64,000 nucleotides of DNA from contig JBFWNU010000008.1 in NCBI GenBank assembly GCA_050250895.1, positions 64,001 through 128,000 on the forward strand, given 5' to 3'. A program made the translations under genes and the position numbers. Below, one piece after another: positions 1 to 10,015 of this stretch. The notes under the pieces were generated by a model. It ran no database searches and was not told the origin of the DNA. It was given only the letters and a program-made list of their open reading frames with translations. Position 1 is the stretch's first letter, and every line of letters begins with the position of its first letter. Source of the stretch: Vulcanimicrobiota bacterium. GTDB lineage: Bacteria > Vulcanimicrobiota > Xenobia > Xenobiales > JADMJV01.

Positions 1-3000
1 TGGCCCAGCAGCGCCTTGAAGACGGCGCCTTCTTGCTGGGCATTGGCGACCGGTTCGAGACTGGCCAGGCGGTTTTCGGCTGCGGCCAGGCGGGACTCGC
101 GGTCGGCCAGGTCGTCGCAAGCATCCGTGAGCTGGCTGCTGACCAGGGCCAGTTCTTCTTCCAACTCAGAGATCTGGGCGTTCTTGCCCTCGATCGACAG
201 CTTGAGCTTCTCGAGTTCGGCGGGATCGGGGCCAGGGGTCGTTGCGCTTGCTTGTTCGAGGCGCCCCCGCAGCGCGGCTAGAGCGGCCTCGGTTTGGGAC
301 AGCCTCTGGGTCATCTCGTCGCGTTCTTCACGCAGCTTGCGGACCTGATTCTCGGCCATTTCGAGTTCTTGATCACGACTGTCGAGACGAGCCTGCAGTT
401 CTTTGTCTTGGAGCCCTCGTTGGAATTTCTGGGCCCGCAACTGGTCCAGTTCTTTGCCCATCTGCTGCAGCTCTTCGTGGGTCCGTTGATGGCTGGCCAG
501 ACGGGCTTCGACCTCGGTCAGGCGGGTCTCGCGCTCGGCCAACATGGCTCGGACCTGCTCGAGCTCCTGGCTGTCTGAGCGCGCCTGAGTGAGCTCGCTC
601 TCGAGCTCGGCCATTCGTTGGCGCAACTCGCCCTCGGAGGCCACCTGTTGCTCGAGCGCGGCAAATCGCGCCTGTTTGGCCTGATAGGCTCGTTTGAGCT
701 TCTCGACCGCATCGTTGCGAACCAGAATCTGGGCCTTGAGCTTTTCGATGTGTTCGGCGGCCTGGCTGTTGCCCTGGCTGCGCGCCGCGGCCAGTTCTTG
801 CTCGAGCACCTGGCTGTGCGCCTGGGCGGCCTCGAGCTGGCCACGCATCGCTTCGAGCTGAGCAGAACTGTCTTTGAGTCGGGCTTCGAGAGCCGGCAGC
901 AGCGCCAGTTGGGCGCGCAGCTCTTCCAGTTCATGAAGGCTGCCCTGAGCCTGGTCGAGTTGCTGGCGCAGGTTCTCTGCCTCGAACTCGAGGGCGGTGA
1001 GTTCGACGACCCGAGCCTTGAGCTCTTCTGCCTCTTCGTTGGCCAGCGCGTGTTGGCGTTTGGCTTCGAGTAGCTGTTCCTCGAAAGAGCGCGCCTCTTG
1101 TTGGGCCTCTTCCAGGCTCTGGCGAAGGCCGGCCGCGGCCTCGGTGTCTTCGTGCTCGAGGTCGCGATAGCGAACTTTGAGCATTTCGAGTTCGCGGCTC
1201 AGGCTGCGAGCCTGGTTTTCAGCTCGATTGCGATTGTCGAGCGCTTCGGACAACTGAGCCGACAGGTCGGCCGAGCGAGACTGTTCGCCCGAGAGAGCCT
1301 CTTCGGCTTCTTGCAATCGGCTGCGAGCCTGGGCCAGATCCTGTTCCAGGAAAACGACCTGTTTCTCAGCTCGGACCAGGCGGGTTTGGGCGGCTTCGAG
1401 TTCTTGCTCGACCTGCTCGCGCCGCTCGGCCTCGGCCACCTTTTGCTGCTCGAGTTCGCCTTCGCGGCGAGTCAGGGCGTGGGCCAGTTCTTCGATCTGC
1501 TGACGCAGTTCTGCTTCGCGCTGGTTCCAGCTCTCGCGCTCGAGCTGGAATTGCTGGTCTTTCTGCCCCAGCATGTCGGCCAGTTTTTTTAACTTGTGGG
1601 CTCGGGCGTCTAGCTCCTGCGCGGCCAGATCTAGCTTGCCGCGGGCCTGTTCAAAGCGCGCCCGCATGATGTCGAGGTTCGAGGTGAGCGTTTCGACCTG
1701 GGTCCTGGCTGCATCCAGCGCCTGACCGGAGGCCTGCAACTCTTCTTCGCGGTCATCGAGCATCTTTCGCCGGCGCGAAAGCTCGTCTTCCAGTTCGGCG
1801 GCCCGGGTCTCGGCCGCCTCGAAATCGGCCAGGGCATGACCGAGCCGTTGACCCAATTCCTGGGCCTGTTGACGCGAAACCTCAAGCTGGGATTGATGTT
1901 GGGCCAGATCGGTCAGGGTTTCTTCAAGGTGAGCTTCGGCCTGTTCCAGGCGTTGGCGAGTCTCGGTCAGTTCTTCTTGCGTGCGGTCGGCCCGCTCGGT
2001 TTCGTTTTGCAGCGAATCGGCCAGGCTGGCCACTTCGGAGTGGGCTAGTTCGAGCTCAGAGCCGAGATGGTCCACATGGGCGTCGAGTTCAGCGACCCGG
2101 GTGCTGGCCTCAGCCAGGAGGCGCGCGTTCTCGGTTAGTTGTTCGGCCTGGGTGGCCACCTGGTTGCGGCGCTCGAAGAGTTCGCTCTGCAGCTCGTCGA
2201 TTTGAGTGTCGGAGTCTTCCAGGCCGGAGTAGGCTTCCGCCAGGTTCCACTCCAGCTCGACCACCATCTCTTCGCGCTCGTTGAGCTGGTCGCGCAGGTC
2301 GCCAAGGGCCGCCTCGGAGGCCGCAAAGCGCTTTTCTAGATCGCTGAGATTCTGGGAGCGAAGGGTTTCTTTCTTTTGCGACTCGGCCAGTCGGGCCTCG
2401 AGCTCCTCACCGCGGGCGGTCTGGACCACCAGCATCTCGTCGAGCTCGAGAGCCAGTTCCTCACGCTCTTTGAGTGAGGCGTGGGCCTCTCGAAGAGCCT
2501 CTTGCTGCTCACGCAGTTTGGCGTCGCGCGCTTTGATAGCGGCGGCCATGGCACTGGCCTTCTCCTTGAGGGTGGTCAGGCTCTTGGAGGCTTTGATGAG
2601 TTTCTGCTCGAGAGCCTCGGCCAGGGCCTGGCGAGCCTTGAGTTCGGTCTCGAGGGTCTGGCGTTGGCTGAGCAGTTCTTCCAGGCGCTGCTCGCGCTGG
2701 CTGGCCGACTTGCCCATCTGCTCGAGTTCGTGGTCCCGGCGGGCCAGCTCTTGCTCGAGCTGGTCGACGCGTCCCTGGCCTTCGGCCAATTGGACTTCGA
2801 GCACCTCTACCTGGCTCAGATGCTGGGTCAATTCTTCGCGAGCCTGTTCGAGTTCTTGCCTGGTGGCGTTGAGTTCGGCCTCACGCACGGCCAGGGAACG
2901 GCGGGATTGTTCAAGCTGAGCCTCATGGTCGTCGCCGCTCGAGCGGGCCCGTTCCAGTTCGTCTTGCAACTCTTCTAGCAGCTTGTCGCGATCGCTGAGG

Positions 3001-5477
3001 CTCAGGTCGAGCTCTTCGACCCGAGCGGTCAGCTGCTCGACCTCGGTCTGGCTCGACTCGAGCTGATTACGCAGAGCTTCACCCTGATCGTTCTCTCCCT
3101 CGAGGGCGACCCGCAGGTCATCACAAGTCGTCTGCAGCCGTTCGAGCTCGGTCTTGAGCTGGTCGATGCGGCGGCTCGCGTTGGCCGCGGCGTCCTCAAG
3201 GTCGGCATTCTGGGCCTGGCTTTCTTCGAGCGCTTCTTCGAGGTCGCGCACCTCCAGTTCGCGCAACTCGAGCTGGGACTCGACGTCTGCCCGCGCCTGG
3301 CTTTGCTGCTCGAGTTCTGCGGTCAGCTCGTCGGCTCGAGACCGCTCGGTCTCGAGCTGGTGGGCCAGTTGGGCGCTTGCTTGCTCGACCTGTTTGCGCT
3401 GCTGTTCGCTATCGCCAAGGCGTTGCTTGAGATCGTAGACAATCTGATTGCGTTTCTCGATCTCCTGGGCCAGCTCGGTGATCTTGGCTTTAAACCCTTC
3501 GATGGCGCTGCCGGCCTGGCCCAGCTTCGAGCGCAGGCTTTCTACAGCCCGGCTGGCATCGTGATATTCGCTCTGCAGGTTCTGGCCCTGGCTGAGCTGT
3601 TGTTGCAGGCGGCTTTCGGTGTCGAGCAGCTGGCGCTCGAGTTTTTCGAGCTCTTCGGCTTGCTCGCCGCGCAATTCGATCAGCTCCTCTTCAAGGTGCG
3701 AGATGCGCTCCTGGCTTCGGCCCAGCGCCAGGCATCGGTCTTCAAACTGGGTCTGCAACTCAAGGCGCTGTTGCTGACTCTCGTCGAGCTGTCGGCGCAG
3801 TTCGTCGCCCTCGGATTCGGAATTCTCCAGTCGATGCGACAGATCGAGCAGTTCCGAGCCCAGCTCGTCGAGCAGGCGCTCTTTATCGGACAGCTCCTGC
3901 TGGGTGTCCTGACTGCGTTGACGGGCGCCGTCCAGCTCGTCTTGTAGCTCGTCTACCAGTTGCTGCAGACCCACGATGGTGGTCTGGCGTGCTTCGGCCA
4001 GCTCGAGCAGCTCGTGGTGAGCCGCGTCGGCGCTGCGCTCGGCGTCGGCCAGGCGAGTGCGATAGTGGTCCCGCTCACGGCGGGTGTCCTCAAGAGCCTC
4101 GGCCAGAGCCTGGGTCTTCTCTTTGAAAGCCGCCAGGGCGGGTCGCGCCTTCTCGAGCTTGGCAGCCAATTCGTCGAACTTCTCCTGCCGAGTGTGGCCG
4201 AGAGCGATGAGCTGGTTGCGCTGGCTATCCGCTTCGCGCAGTTTCTTCTCGAGGCCCTTGACCAGGGCGGCGGTTTGCTCGAGTTCCTGATCCTTCTTGG
4301 CCAGCTGGGTCCGCAACTCGCTTTGGCGCTCACGCTCAGAGGTCAGGCGGCGCTCCATGGAATCGAGCCTGGTTTGCTTTTCGGCCTGCAATCGCTGGCT
4401 CTTGTCCAGCTCCTGGGCCACCGCTTCGGACTGATGGATGGCCGCGTCGAGCTGCTCGCGGTAGCGTTTCTTTTCCTCCTGGTCTTCTTTGGCCCGCTGC
4501 ATGAGGCGGCTGACTTCGGTGCTGGTCTGTTCGAGTTGGGTGTCGGTCTCGCGCAGCCGTTTTTCGAGGTCGAGGTTGCGCTGGCGGGCCTCGCTGAGCG
4601 ACCGCTGCATCTCTGAGGTCTGCTCGTTACCGCTGCTGAGCCTCCGGCGGGCCGATTCTAGTTCGTTCTTGACCAGCACCAGTTCGGCGTCGCGATCGCC
4701 AACCGAGCGAGACAGGTCCTCGACCTTGTTCTTGAAGAGGGTCAGTTTCTCGAGCGTCTTGGAAAGTTTGCCTTCGAGGTCGAGGTTGCGTTGGGTGCTC
4801 TCGCCCAGTTCTCGCTCGGCGCGGTCGAGGGTTTCGCGCAACTCGACCATCTTGCGCCGAGTTCCACCCAGCTGAGCCTCGAGGTCGGTGACGCGGTCGC
4901 CTTTCTGGGTGAGCAGCTTTTCGGTGCGCTCGAGGGTGGCTCGGGTCGACTCGAAGTCGGCTTTGAGGCGCTCGAGCTGTTCTTCGATCTCCTGGCGCTG
5001 GAAGCGGCTGGTGTCACCGCTGCGCGAGAGATCGCGCACTTTCGCCTCAGAGAATCGCAGCTTTTGAACCAGACCGTCTTTCTCGGCCCGTAACGAGTTG
5101 AGCTGGCTCTCGCGGCGGGCCAGGGCGTCGGCCAGAGCGGCGCTCTCTTGCATCAACTGGCCAAGTTGTTGCTTGGCACTCTCGAGGCGACCGGCGGCCT
5201 GCTCGCCGCTGAGGTTTTGGCGGCGGGTGTCATTGAGGCTCTGAGTCAGTTCTTTGATGCGTTCTTCGGCCAGTTGGCGCGAGCGCTCGGACTCGGCGAA
5301 GCGATTTTTCAGGGTGGCCAGAGCGTCTTCGGCGCTGGCCGACTTGCCCATCATGTCCCTCAGTCGGCGCTGTTCTTGCAGGGCCAGTTCGAGATCTTGC
5401 TTAGAACGAGCAAGCTCCTGACGCAGGGTGCGCAGCAGCAGATCGTGTTCGTCGGCTTTCTTGGGAAGGTCGCTCAA
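1..5477 (-). CDS. Giant coiled-coil protein (>1,825 aa; 3' end runs off the left edge)
   Basis: Manual translation from TTG at 5477 (in-frame TAG just upstream): MSDLPKKADEHDLLLRTLRQELARSKQDLELALQEQRRL... The frame is open where checked (about 1560-1620 and 1-60, ...LEPVANAQQEGAVFKALLG). The ORF track lists no terminated ORF in this frame. E/Q/L/R/A-rich heptads; no Walker A or TM at the N-terminus. Confidence 0.85.
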   Translation of the reverse strand, partial: MSDLPKKADEHDLLLRTLRQELARSKQDLELALQEQRRLRDMMGKSASAEDALATLKNRFAESERSRQLAEERIKELTQSLNDTRRQNLSGEQAAGRLESAKQQLGQLMQESAALADALARRESQLNSLRAEKDGLVQKLRFSEAKVRDLSRSGDTSRFQRQEIEEQLERLKADFESTRATLERTEKLLTQKGDRVTDLEAQLGGTRRKMVELRETLDRAERELGESTQRNLDLEGKLSKTLEKLTLFKNKVEDLSRSVGDRDAELVLVKNELESARRRLSSGNEQTSEMQRSLSEARQRNLDLEKRLRETDTQLEQTSTEVSRLMQRAKEDQEEKKRYREQLDAAIHQSEAVAQELDKSQRLQAEKQTRLDSMERRLTSERERQSELRTQLAKKDQELEQTAALVKGLEKKLREADSQRNQLIALGHTRQEKFDELAAKLEKARPALAAFKEKTQALAEALEDTRRERDHYRTRLADAERSADAAHHELLELAEARQTTIVGLQQLVDELQDELDGARQRSQDTQQELSDKERLLDELGSELLDLSHRLENSESEGDELRRQLDESQQQRLELQTQFEDRCLALGRSQERISHLEEELIELRGEQAEELEKLERQLLDTESRLQQQLSQGQNLQSEYHDASRAVESLRSKLGQAGSAIEGFKAKITELAQEIEKRNQIVYDLKQRLGDSEQQRKQVEQASAQLAHQLETERSRADELTAELEQQSQARADVESQLELRELEVRDLEEALEESQAQNADLEDAAANASRRIDQLKTELERLQTTCDDLRVALEGENDQGEALRNQLESSQTEVEQLTARVEELDLSLSDRDKLLEELQDELERARSSGDDHEAQLEQSRRSLAVREAELNATRQELEQAREELTQHLSQVEVLEVQLAEGQGRVDQLEQELARRDHELEQMGKSASQREQRLEELLSQRQTLETELKARQALAEALEQKLIKASKSLTTLKEKASAMAAAIKARDAKLREQQEALREAHASLKEREELALELDEMLVVQTARGEELEARLAESQKKETLRSQNLSDLEKRFAASEAALGDLRDQLNEREEMVVELEWNLAEAYSGLEDSDTQIDELQSELFERRNQVATQAEQLTENARLLAEASTRVAELDAHVDHLGSELELAHSEVASLADSLQNETERADRTQEELTETRQRLEQAEAHLEETLTDLAQHQSQLEVSRQQAQELGQRLGHALADFEAAETRAAELEDELSRRRKMLDDREEELQASGQALDAARTQVETLTSNLDIMRARFEQARGKLDLAAQELDARAHKLKKLADMLGQKDQQFQLERESWNQREAELRQQIEELAHALTRREGELEQQKVAEAERREQVEQELEAAQTRLVRAEKQVVFLEQDLAQARSRLQEAEEALSGEQSRSADLSAQLSEALDNRNRAENQARSLSRELEMLKVRYRDLEHEDTEAAAGLRQSLEEAQQEARSFEEQLLEAKRQHALANEEAEELKARVVELTALEFEAENLRQQLDQAQGSLHELEELRAQLALLPALEARLKDSSAQLEAMRGQLEAAQAHSQVLEQELAAARSQGNSQAAEHIEKLKAQILVRNDAVEKLKRAYQAKQARFAALEQQVASEGELRQRMAELESELTQARSDSQELEQVRAMLAERETRLTEVEARLASHQRTHEELQQMGKELDQLRAQKFQRGLQDKELQARLDSRDQELEMAENQVRKLREERDEMTQRLSQTEAALAALRGRLEQASATTPGPDPAELEKLKLSIEGKNAQISELEEELALVSSQLTDACDDLADRESRLAAAENRLASLEPVANAQQEGAVFKALLG

Positions 5478-5636
5478 TCTTTTGCCCTATCCAGAAGTTC
5501 TCCGCGGGAGGTCATTTTTCTTGCCGTGAGTTTGTCTGCCGGGTAGGTCTGGTCGACGGAAATAGACAGACCCCGAGAGCCTGGCTCTCAGAACTAATGT
5601 TCTTGCCGAAGTCGTTGAATCCTCTTCAAAAAAGCG

Positions 5637-6065
5637 TCATGAAGGCACGTATTTTTCGACCCAGGCGGTCATGGTGGCCAGATCGATCATCCCCGAACGA
5701 CGACCGGCCTCTTCCCCGCGAAAGAGGGCCAGAGTAGGCAGGCTCATCACCCGGTAACGCCGGGCTACGTCGGGCCAGGCCTCAGTGTCGAGTTTGACCA
5801 CCCGAATGCGCCCGGCCACCCGCCTGGCAAACTGGGCCAGGGTAGGAGCCATCGCCTTGCATGGCCCACACCAGGGAGCCCAAAAATCAACGAGCACGGG
5901 CACGCCTGCCTGTCTGACCGCCGTCTCGAAGTCGGGTCCGGTGATATCGAGTGGATAACCCGGAGCCTTCGGGTTGAGCGCAGAGCGGCACTTGCCGCAA
6001 ATGGGACCTTTCCGTTCGGGGTCCACTCGATTGACCGCGTCACACTCGGGACATACCACCTGCAT
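5637..6065 (-). CDS. trxC: Thioredoxin 2 (zinc-ribbon thioredoxin)
   Basis: N-terminal CPEC...CGKC zinc ribbon plus DFWAPWCGPC active site; start moved to ATG 6065 (MQVVCPEC). Confidence 0.9.
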   Translation of the reverse strand: MQVVCPECDAVNRVDPERKGPICGKCRSALNPKAPGYPLDITGPDFETAVRQAGVPVLVDFWAPWCGPCKAMAPTLAQFARRVAGRIRVVKLDTEAWPDVARRYRVMSLPTLALFRGEEAGRRSGMIDLATMTAWVEKYVPS

Positions 6066-6136
6066 TTTGTTCCTATTCCAGCCTCTGCTCGGTGGCCCTG
6101 CAGGTGGGCCGCCGTCGCTTGCCAAAGGGCGCCTCT

Positions 6137-7876
6137 ATGCGTTGTTTTTGTTGGCTGCTATTGATTTTGTTGGTGGTAGGGCCGGGGCGGGCCGACACTC
6201 TCGACAGCCTGCTCGAAGCCGAGTGGCAGCACCTGTTGTCGGAAGATCCCCTGGTGGCGAGTTGGCTCGGCATTCCCGGGCATAACGATGGCTGGCCCGA
6301 CCTTTCGGCGAGCGCCCGCAAGCGGCGACACGAGCACTATCGCCAGTTGCTGAGCCGGCTCGACCGTCTGGAGGGGCTCGCTCCCCAGGAGCAGCTCAAT
6401 CTCGAGCTGTTTCGAGAGCAGATACGCTGGAAGGTCCAGGAGTACGAACTTGGCCTCGATCGGCTGGCCATCAACCAGCGGGATGGGATCCAGACGATCG
6501 GCAGTCTGGCCGATGCCCTGGAATTCTCGACTCTCAAAGACTACGAGGACTGGGTGACTCGCCTCGAGACCTTCCCTGGCTATGCGGCTCAGACCATCGA
6601 GCTGCTGCGGGAGGGCATCAAGACCGGGGTGATGCAGCCCCGGATCATCGTCGAGCGACTGCCCAGGCAGCTCGCCGACCAGATGGCCCAGGACCCCACC
6701 GATAGCATTTTTTACAAGCCCTTCAAGCAGCGGCCCCCACAGCTCGATCAGACCGCCTTCGACAGCCTGGCCGAACGCGCCCGCCACGCCATCTCGGAAG
6801 GGGTCGTGCCAGCCTATGGGCGGCTTCACCATTTCATCGAACAAGAGTATCTGCCGGCCAGCCCCCAAACGGTCGGAGCCTCGCAGTGGCCCCAGGGCCA
6901 GGCCGCTTACCAATTCTTGATCGGACGTTACACTACCACCGATATGACGGCCGACCAGATCCACCAGCTCGGCCTGGCCGAGGTCCAGCGTATCCGCGGC
7001 GAGATGGAACAGATCATCCATCAGGTCGGCTTTCGCGGCTCGTTTCGGGAGTTTCTCGACTCGTTGCGCACCGATCCCAGGTTCTACTACCACGACTCAC
7101 AAGAGCTACTCAAGACCTACCGAGCCTTCTGCAATCGGGTCGACCTGCAGATGCCCACCATGTTCGGCAAGTTGCCGCGCCGACCGTACGGGGTCGAGCC
7201 GATTCCCGACTATATCGCCCCCGACACCACCACCGCCTACTATATGCCCCCCAGCGGTTCCAGGGCCGGCATCTACTACGTCAATCTCTACCAACCCGAG
7301 GCCCGTCCCAAATACGAGATCGAGGTGCTGACCCTCCACGAGTCGGTGCCCGGCCACCACCACCAGATTGCTCTAGCTCTCGAGCTCGAGGGTCTGCCGG
7401 CCTTTCGGCGCTATAGCGACGGGTTCGGCAGTTATACCGTCTTTGTCGAGGGGTGGGCGCTTTACGCCGAGAGCCTGGGCTACGAGATGGGTTTCTACGA
7501 GGATCCTTATTCGAAGTTCGGGCAGTTGACTTACGACATGTGGCGGGCCGTGCGCCTGGTCCTCGACACCGGCATTCACGCCAAGGGCTGGACTCGTCAA
7601 CAAGCTATCGATTTCTTCTTGGAGAACACGGCTAAGACCAAATTGGACATCGTCAACGAGGTGGATCGCTACATCGCCTGGCCGGGGCAGGCTCTGGCCT
7701 ACAAGATCGGGCAGTTGAAGATCCGCGAGTTGCGCACTCGGGCCGAAAAGGAGCTAGGCCCCCGGTTCGACCTGAGGGCCTTTCACGATGTGGTGCTCGG
7801 GCAGGGAGCCGTTTCGCTAAAAGTCTTGGAACAACAAGTCGACGCCTGGGTGTCAGGACAATCGGGTGCGAAGTAA
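6137..7876 (+). CDS. DUF885 family exported protein (metallopeptidase-like)
   Basis: Signal peptide; HESVPGHH, EGWALYAE, PGQALAYKIG and FHDVVL motifs typical of DUF885. Confidence 0.9.
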   Translation: MRCFCWLLLILLVVGPGRADTLDSLLEAEWQHLLSEDPLVASWLGIPGHNDGWPDLSASARKRRHEHYRQLLSRLDRLEGLAPQEQLNLELFREQIRWKVQEYELGLDRLAINQRDGIQTIGSLADALEFSTLKDYEDWVTRLETFPGYAAQTIELLREGIKTGVMQPRIIVERLPRQLADQMAQDPTDSIFYKPFKQRPPQLDQTAFDSLAERARHAISEGVVPAYGRLHHFIEQEYLPASPQTVGASQWPQGQAAYQFLIGRYTTTDMTADQIHQLGLAEVQRIRGEMEQIIHQVGFRGSFREFLDSLRTDPRFYYHDSQELLKTYRAFCNRVDLQMPTMFGKLPRRPYGVEPIPDYIAPDTTTAYYMPPSGSRAGIYYVNLYQPEARPKYEIEVLTLHESVPGHHHQIALALELEGLPAFRRYSDGFGSYTVFVEGWALYAESLGYEMGFYEDPYSKFGQLTYDMWRAVRLVLDTGIHAKGWTRQQAIDFFLENTAKTKLDIVNEVDRYIAWPGQALAYKIGQLKIRELRTRAEKELGPRFDLRAFHDVVLGQGAVSLKVLEQQVDAWVSGQSGAK

Positions 7877-8122
7877 CACCGGTCGAATGCGCTCGGCGGC
7901 GGCGGGGGTGACCCGTCCCTTCGGCATGCCTTCCCAGTTGGCGGTGCCAAACCAGGTTCGCTGGCCCTGACGCAGCAGCACCGGGCGGCGAAGGATGGGG
8001 TTGTCGACGGGGTTGCTGGCTCGGCCGGCCGACAGGGCCAGTCCGGCTAGTCCGCAGGTGGCTAGATCGGCCGCCAATTTATGATCGCGAAGCGCGAGCT
8101 CGAGGGTGTTGGGCTGATGCAT
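7853..8122 (-). CDS. Hypothetical small protein (89 aa)
   Basis: GGAGG RBS upstream of ATG 8122; fills the gap downstream of pfkA; 3' end overlaps the DUF885 3' end. Confidence 0.45.
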   Translation of the reverse strand: MHQPNTLELALRDHKLAADLATCGLAGLALSAGRASNPVDNPILRRPVLLRQGQRTWFGTANWEGMPKGRVTPAAAERIRPVLLRTRLS

Positions 8123-8272
8123 TGTATGTCCTCCATGAAAGTGGTGGACCCCGACCAGTGTGAGAGCTTGAAGGACATCTACGGCGGGCGCCGTGCGCTT
8201 CTTTAGCGGCCTCAAAAAAAGCTTAAAGGATGACGCCCGAAAAACTATTTCCGTTGTGTTAACCTGCTGCCA

Positions 8273-9373
8273 TCAGTCACCAAAGCAGATGCCGAGGTCG
8301 CGCCCCGTCTGGAGAGTGTCGCAGTCGAGGTCGACGGTCTTCATGCGCCTGGTTGCCACGGCCAACGGCACGTGCTTGACGGTGGGGGGATCGAGGGCCA
8401 CCATGACGCCATGCACGCCCTGCTCGAGAGCTCTCACTGCCGCGGCTCCGAAGCGCAACGAGATAAGCCGGTCGGTGGCGGTGGGGGTGCCACCTCGCTG
8501 CAGATGTCCCAAAACTACGTGCCGAGCTTCTTGTCCCGTCAGTTCTTGCAAGGCCTGGCAGACCTGATGGCCGATTCCGCCCAGGCGCTCGGCCTGACCC
8601 ACCGACTTGCCGACGATCGAATGCGAGCCGCCCACCGGGCGGGCTCCTTCAGCCACCACGATCAGTGAGAAATGGGCTCCAGACCGGTTGCGCTGGGCCA
8701 CCTTCTCGGCCACCTTCTCGAGGTCGAAAGGGATTTCGGGCAGCAGGATAGCGTCGGCGGTGCCGGCCACTCCGGCATGGAGGGCAATCCAACCGGCGTA
8801 ACGCCCCATGACCTCGATGACCATGATGCGTTGGTGGGCCTGGGCGGTCGAGTGCAGCCGGTCGACGCATTCGGTGGCGAAAGCCACGGCCGTATCAAAA
8901 CCGAAGGTGACGACGGTCCCATCGAGGTCATTGTCGATGGTCTTGGGCACACCGATAATGGGCATTCCCAACTGGTCGAGCTGGTTGGCGATGCCCATCG
9001 AGCCATCGCCCCCGATGGCAATCACGGCGTCGACAGCGAGGGCGCGCAGCTTGTCGATCAATTCCTGAGACCGGTCTTGTTCGGTGATGACCCCGTTTTG
9101 ATCGATGACGGGGAAAGAGCAAGGGTTGCCTCGATTGGTGGTACCCAGGATGGTGCCGCCCAGGTGGGTGATGCCGCGGACTCGGGCCGGGGTGAGTTCG
9201 ATGGTGCCTCCGTCGGGATAGTCCTCGGGAGCCAAAACGCCGTTATAACCGTCACGGATGCCCAAACATTCCCAGCCCAGGCGGGCCGACGCCTTGACCA
9301 CGGCTCGGATGACGGCGTTGAGGCCCGGCGCGTCGCCGCCTCCGGTGCTGATAGCGATCTTACGAACATTCAT
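8273..9373 (-). CDS. pfkA: 6-phosphofructokinase (PfkA family, probably ATP-dependent group III)
   Basis: TGGGDAPGLN, GGTILGT, IGGDGS, PKTIDND, EVMGR and LGHLQRGG motifs; start MNVRKIAIS at 9373. Confidence 0.93.
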   Translation of the reverse strand: MNVRKIAISTGGGDAPGLNAVIRAVVKASARLGWECLGIRDGYNGVLAPEDYPDGGTIELTPARVRGITHLGGTILGTTNRGNPCSFPVIDQNGVITEQDRSQELIDKLRALAVDAVIAIGGDGSMGIANQLDQLGMPIIGVPKTIDNDLDGTVVTFGFDTAVAFATECVDRLHSTAQAHQRIMVIEVMGRYAGWIALHAGVAGTADAILLPEIPFDLEKVAEKVAQRNRSGAHFSLIVVAEGARPVGGSHSIVGKSVGQAERLGGIGHQVCQALQELTGQEARHVVLGHLQRGGTPTATDRLISLRFGAAAVRALEQGVHGVMVALDPPTVKHVPLAVATRRMKTVDLDCDTLQTGRDLGICFGD

Positions 9374-9438
9374 GGGCCGCGCATTCGGTAGCGACGAGGA
9401 GCGGCCCTTCGCGCGCGGCCACAGCTGTCGAGAACCCC

Positions 9439-9951
9439 TCAGGGTTGGGCGAGCAGGCCTTTGACCACCTTCTCGAGCTCGTCCGGAGGCAGATAGCCGT
9501 TGTGGCGGAAGACGATGTTCCCCTGGCGGTTGACCACCAGCGTGGTGGGAATGGATTCGACCGGGCCGACGCGCTCGACCAGCGAACGGACCACTTGCAG
9601 GGCCGGGCCGCTGCGGGCAAAGATCGAGGGGTAGTTCAGGCCCACGGACTTGACCCAATCGGCATGGACGGCCTGATCCTGATCAAACGAGAATCCCACC
9701 ACCCGTAGCCCCTGGTCGTTGTAGCGCTTTTGGAGGGTCACGAAAGTCGGCACCTGCTGGCGGCAGATGAGACACCAGGAGGCCCAGAACTCGAGTACCA
9801 CGACCTTTCCGTCCAGCTCGCCGCGACTCACCCTGGCGCCGTTAGAGGCTGTCAGGGACCAGTCGGGTAGCGGGCCGAAGTTGTCAGCGCTGGCCAGTCC
9901 GGTCAACCACCAACCGACCAGTACCAGTACCAGGCTCTTGCAAGCTTTCAA
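9439..9951 (-). CDS. TlpA/ResA-like thiol-disulfide oxidoreductase
   Basis: Signal peptide; GKVVVLEFWASWCLIC; IPTTLVV cis-Pro motif. Confidence 0.85.
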   Translation of the reverse strand: MKACKSLVLVLVGWWLTGLASADNFGPLPDWSLTASNGARVSRGELDGKVVVLEFWASWCLICRQQVPTFVTLQKRYNDQGLRVVGFSFDQDQAVHADWVKSVGLNYPSIFARSGPALQVVRSLVERVGPVESIPTTLVVNRQGNIVFRHNGYLPPDELEKVVKGLLAQP

Positions 9952-10015
9952 ACTAGACCTCCGTGGGCGTACGTCTGTGTATTATTTGACCCGGGGGTCC
10001 GCGGCCAAACCCGCT

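Noticed and set aside
1-5477. SMC/SbcC or phage tape-measure call for the giant ORF
   Set aside because: No N-terminal Walker A, no recognisable hinge and no phage genes nearby
16-5546. Many plus-strand L/F-rich ORFs in the ORF track
   Set aside because: They are antisense shadows of the E/Q/K-rich coiled-coil gene on the minus strand
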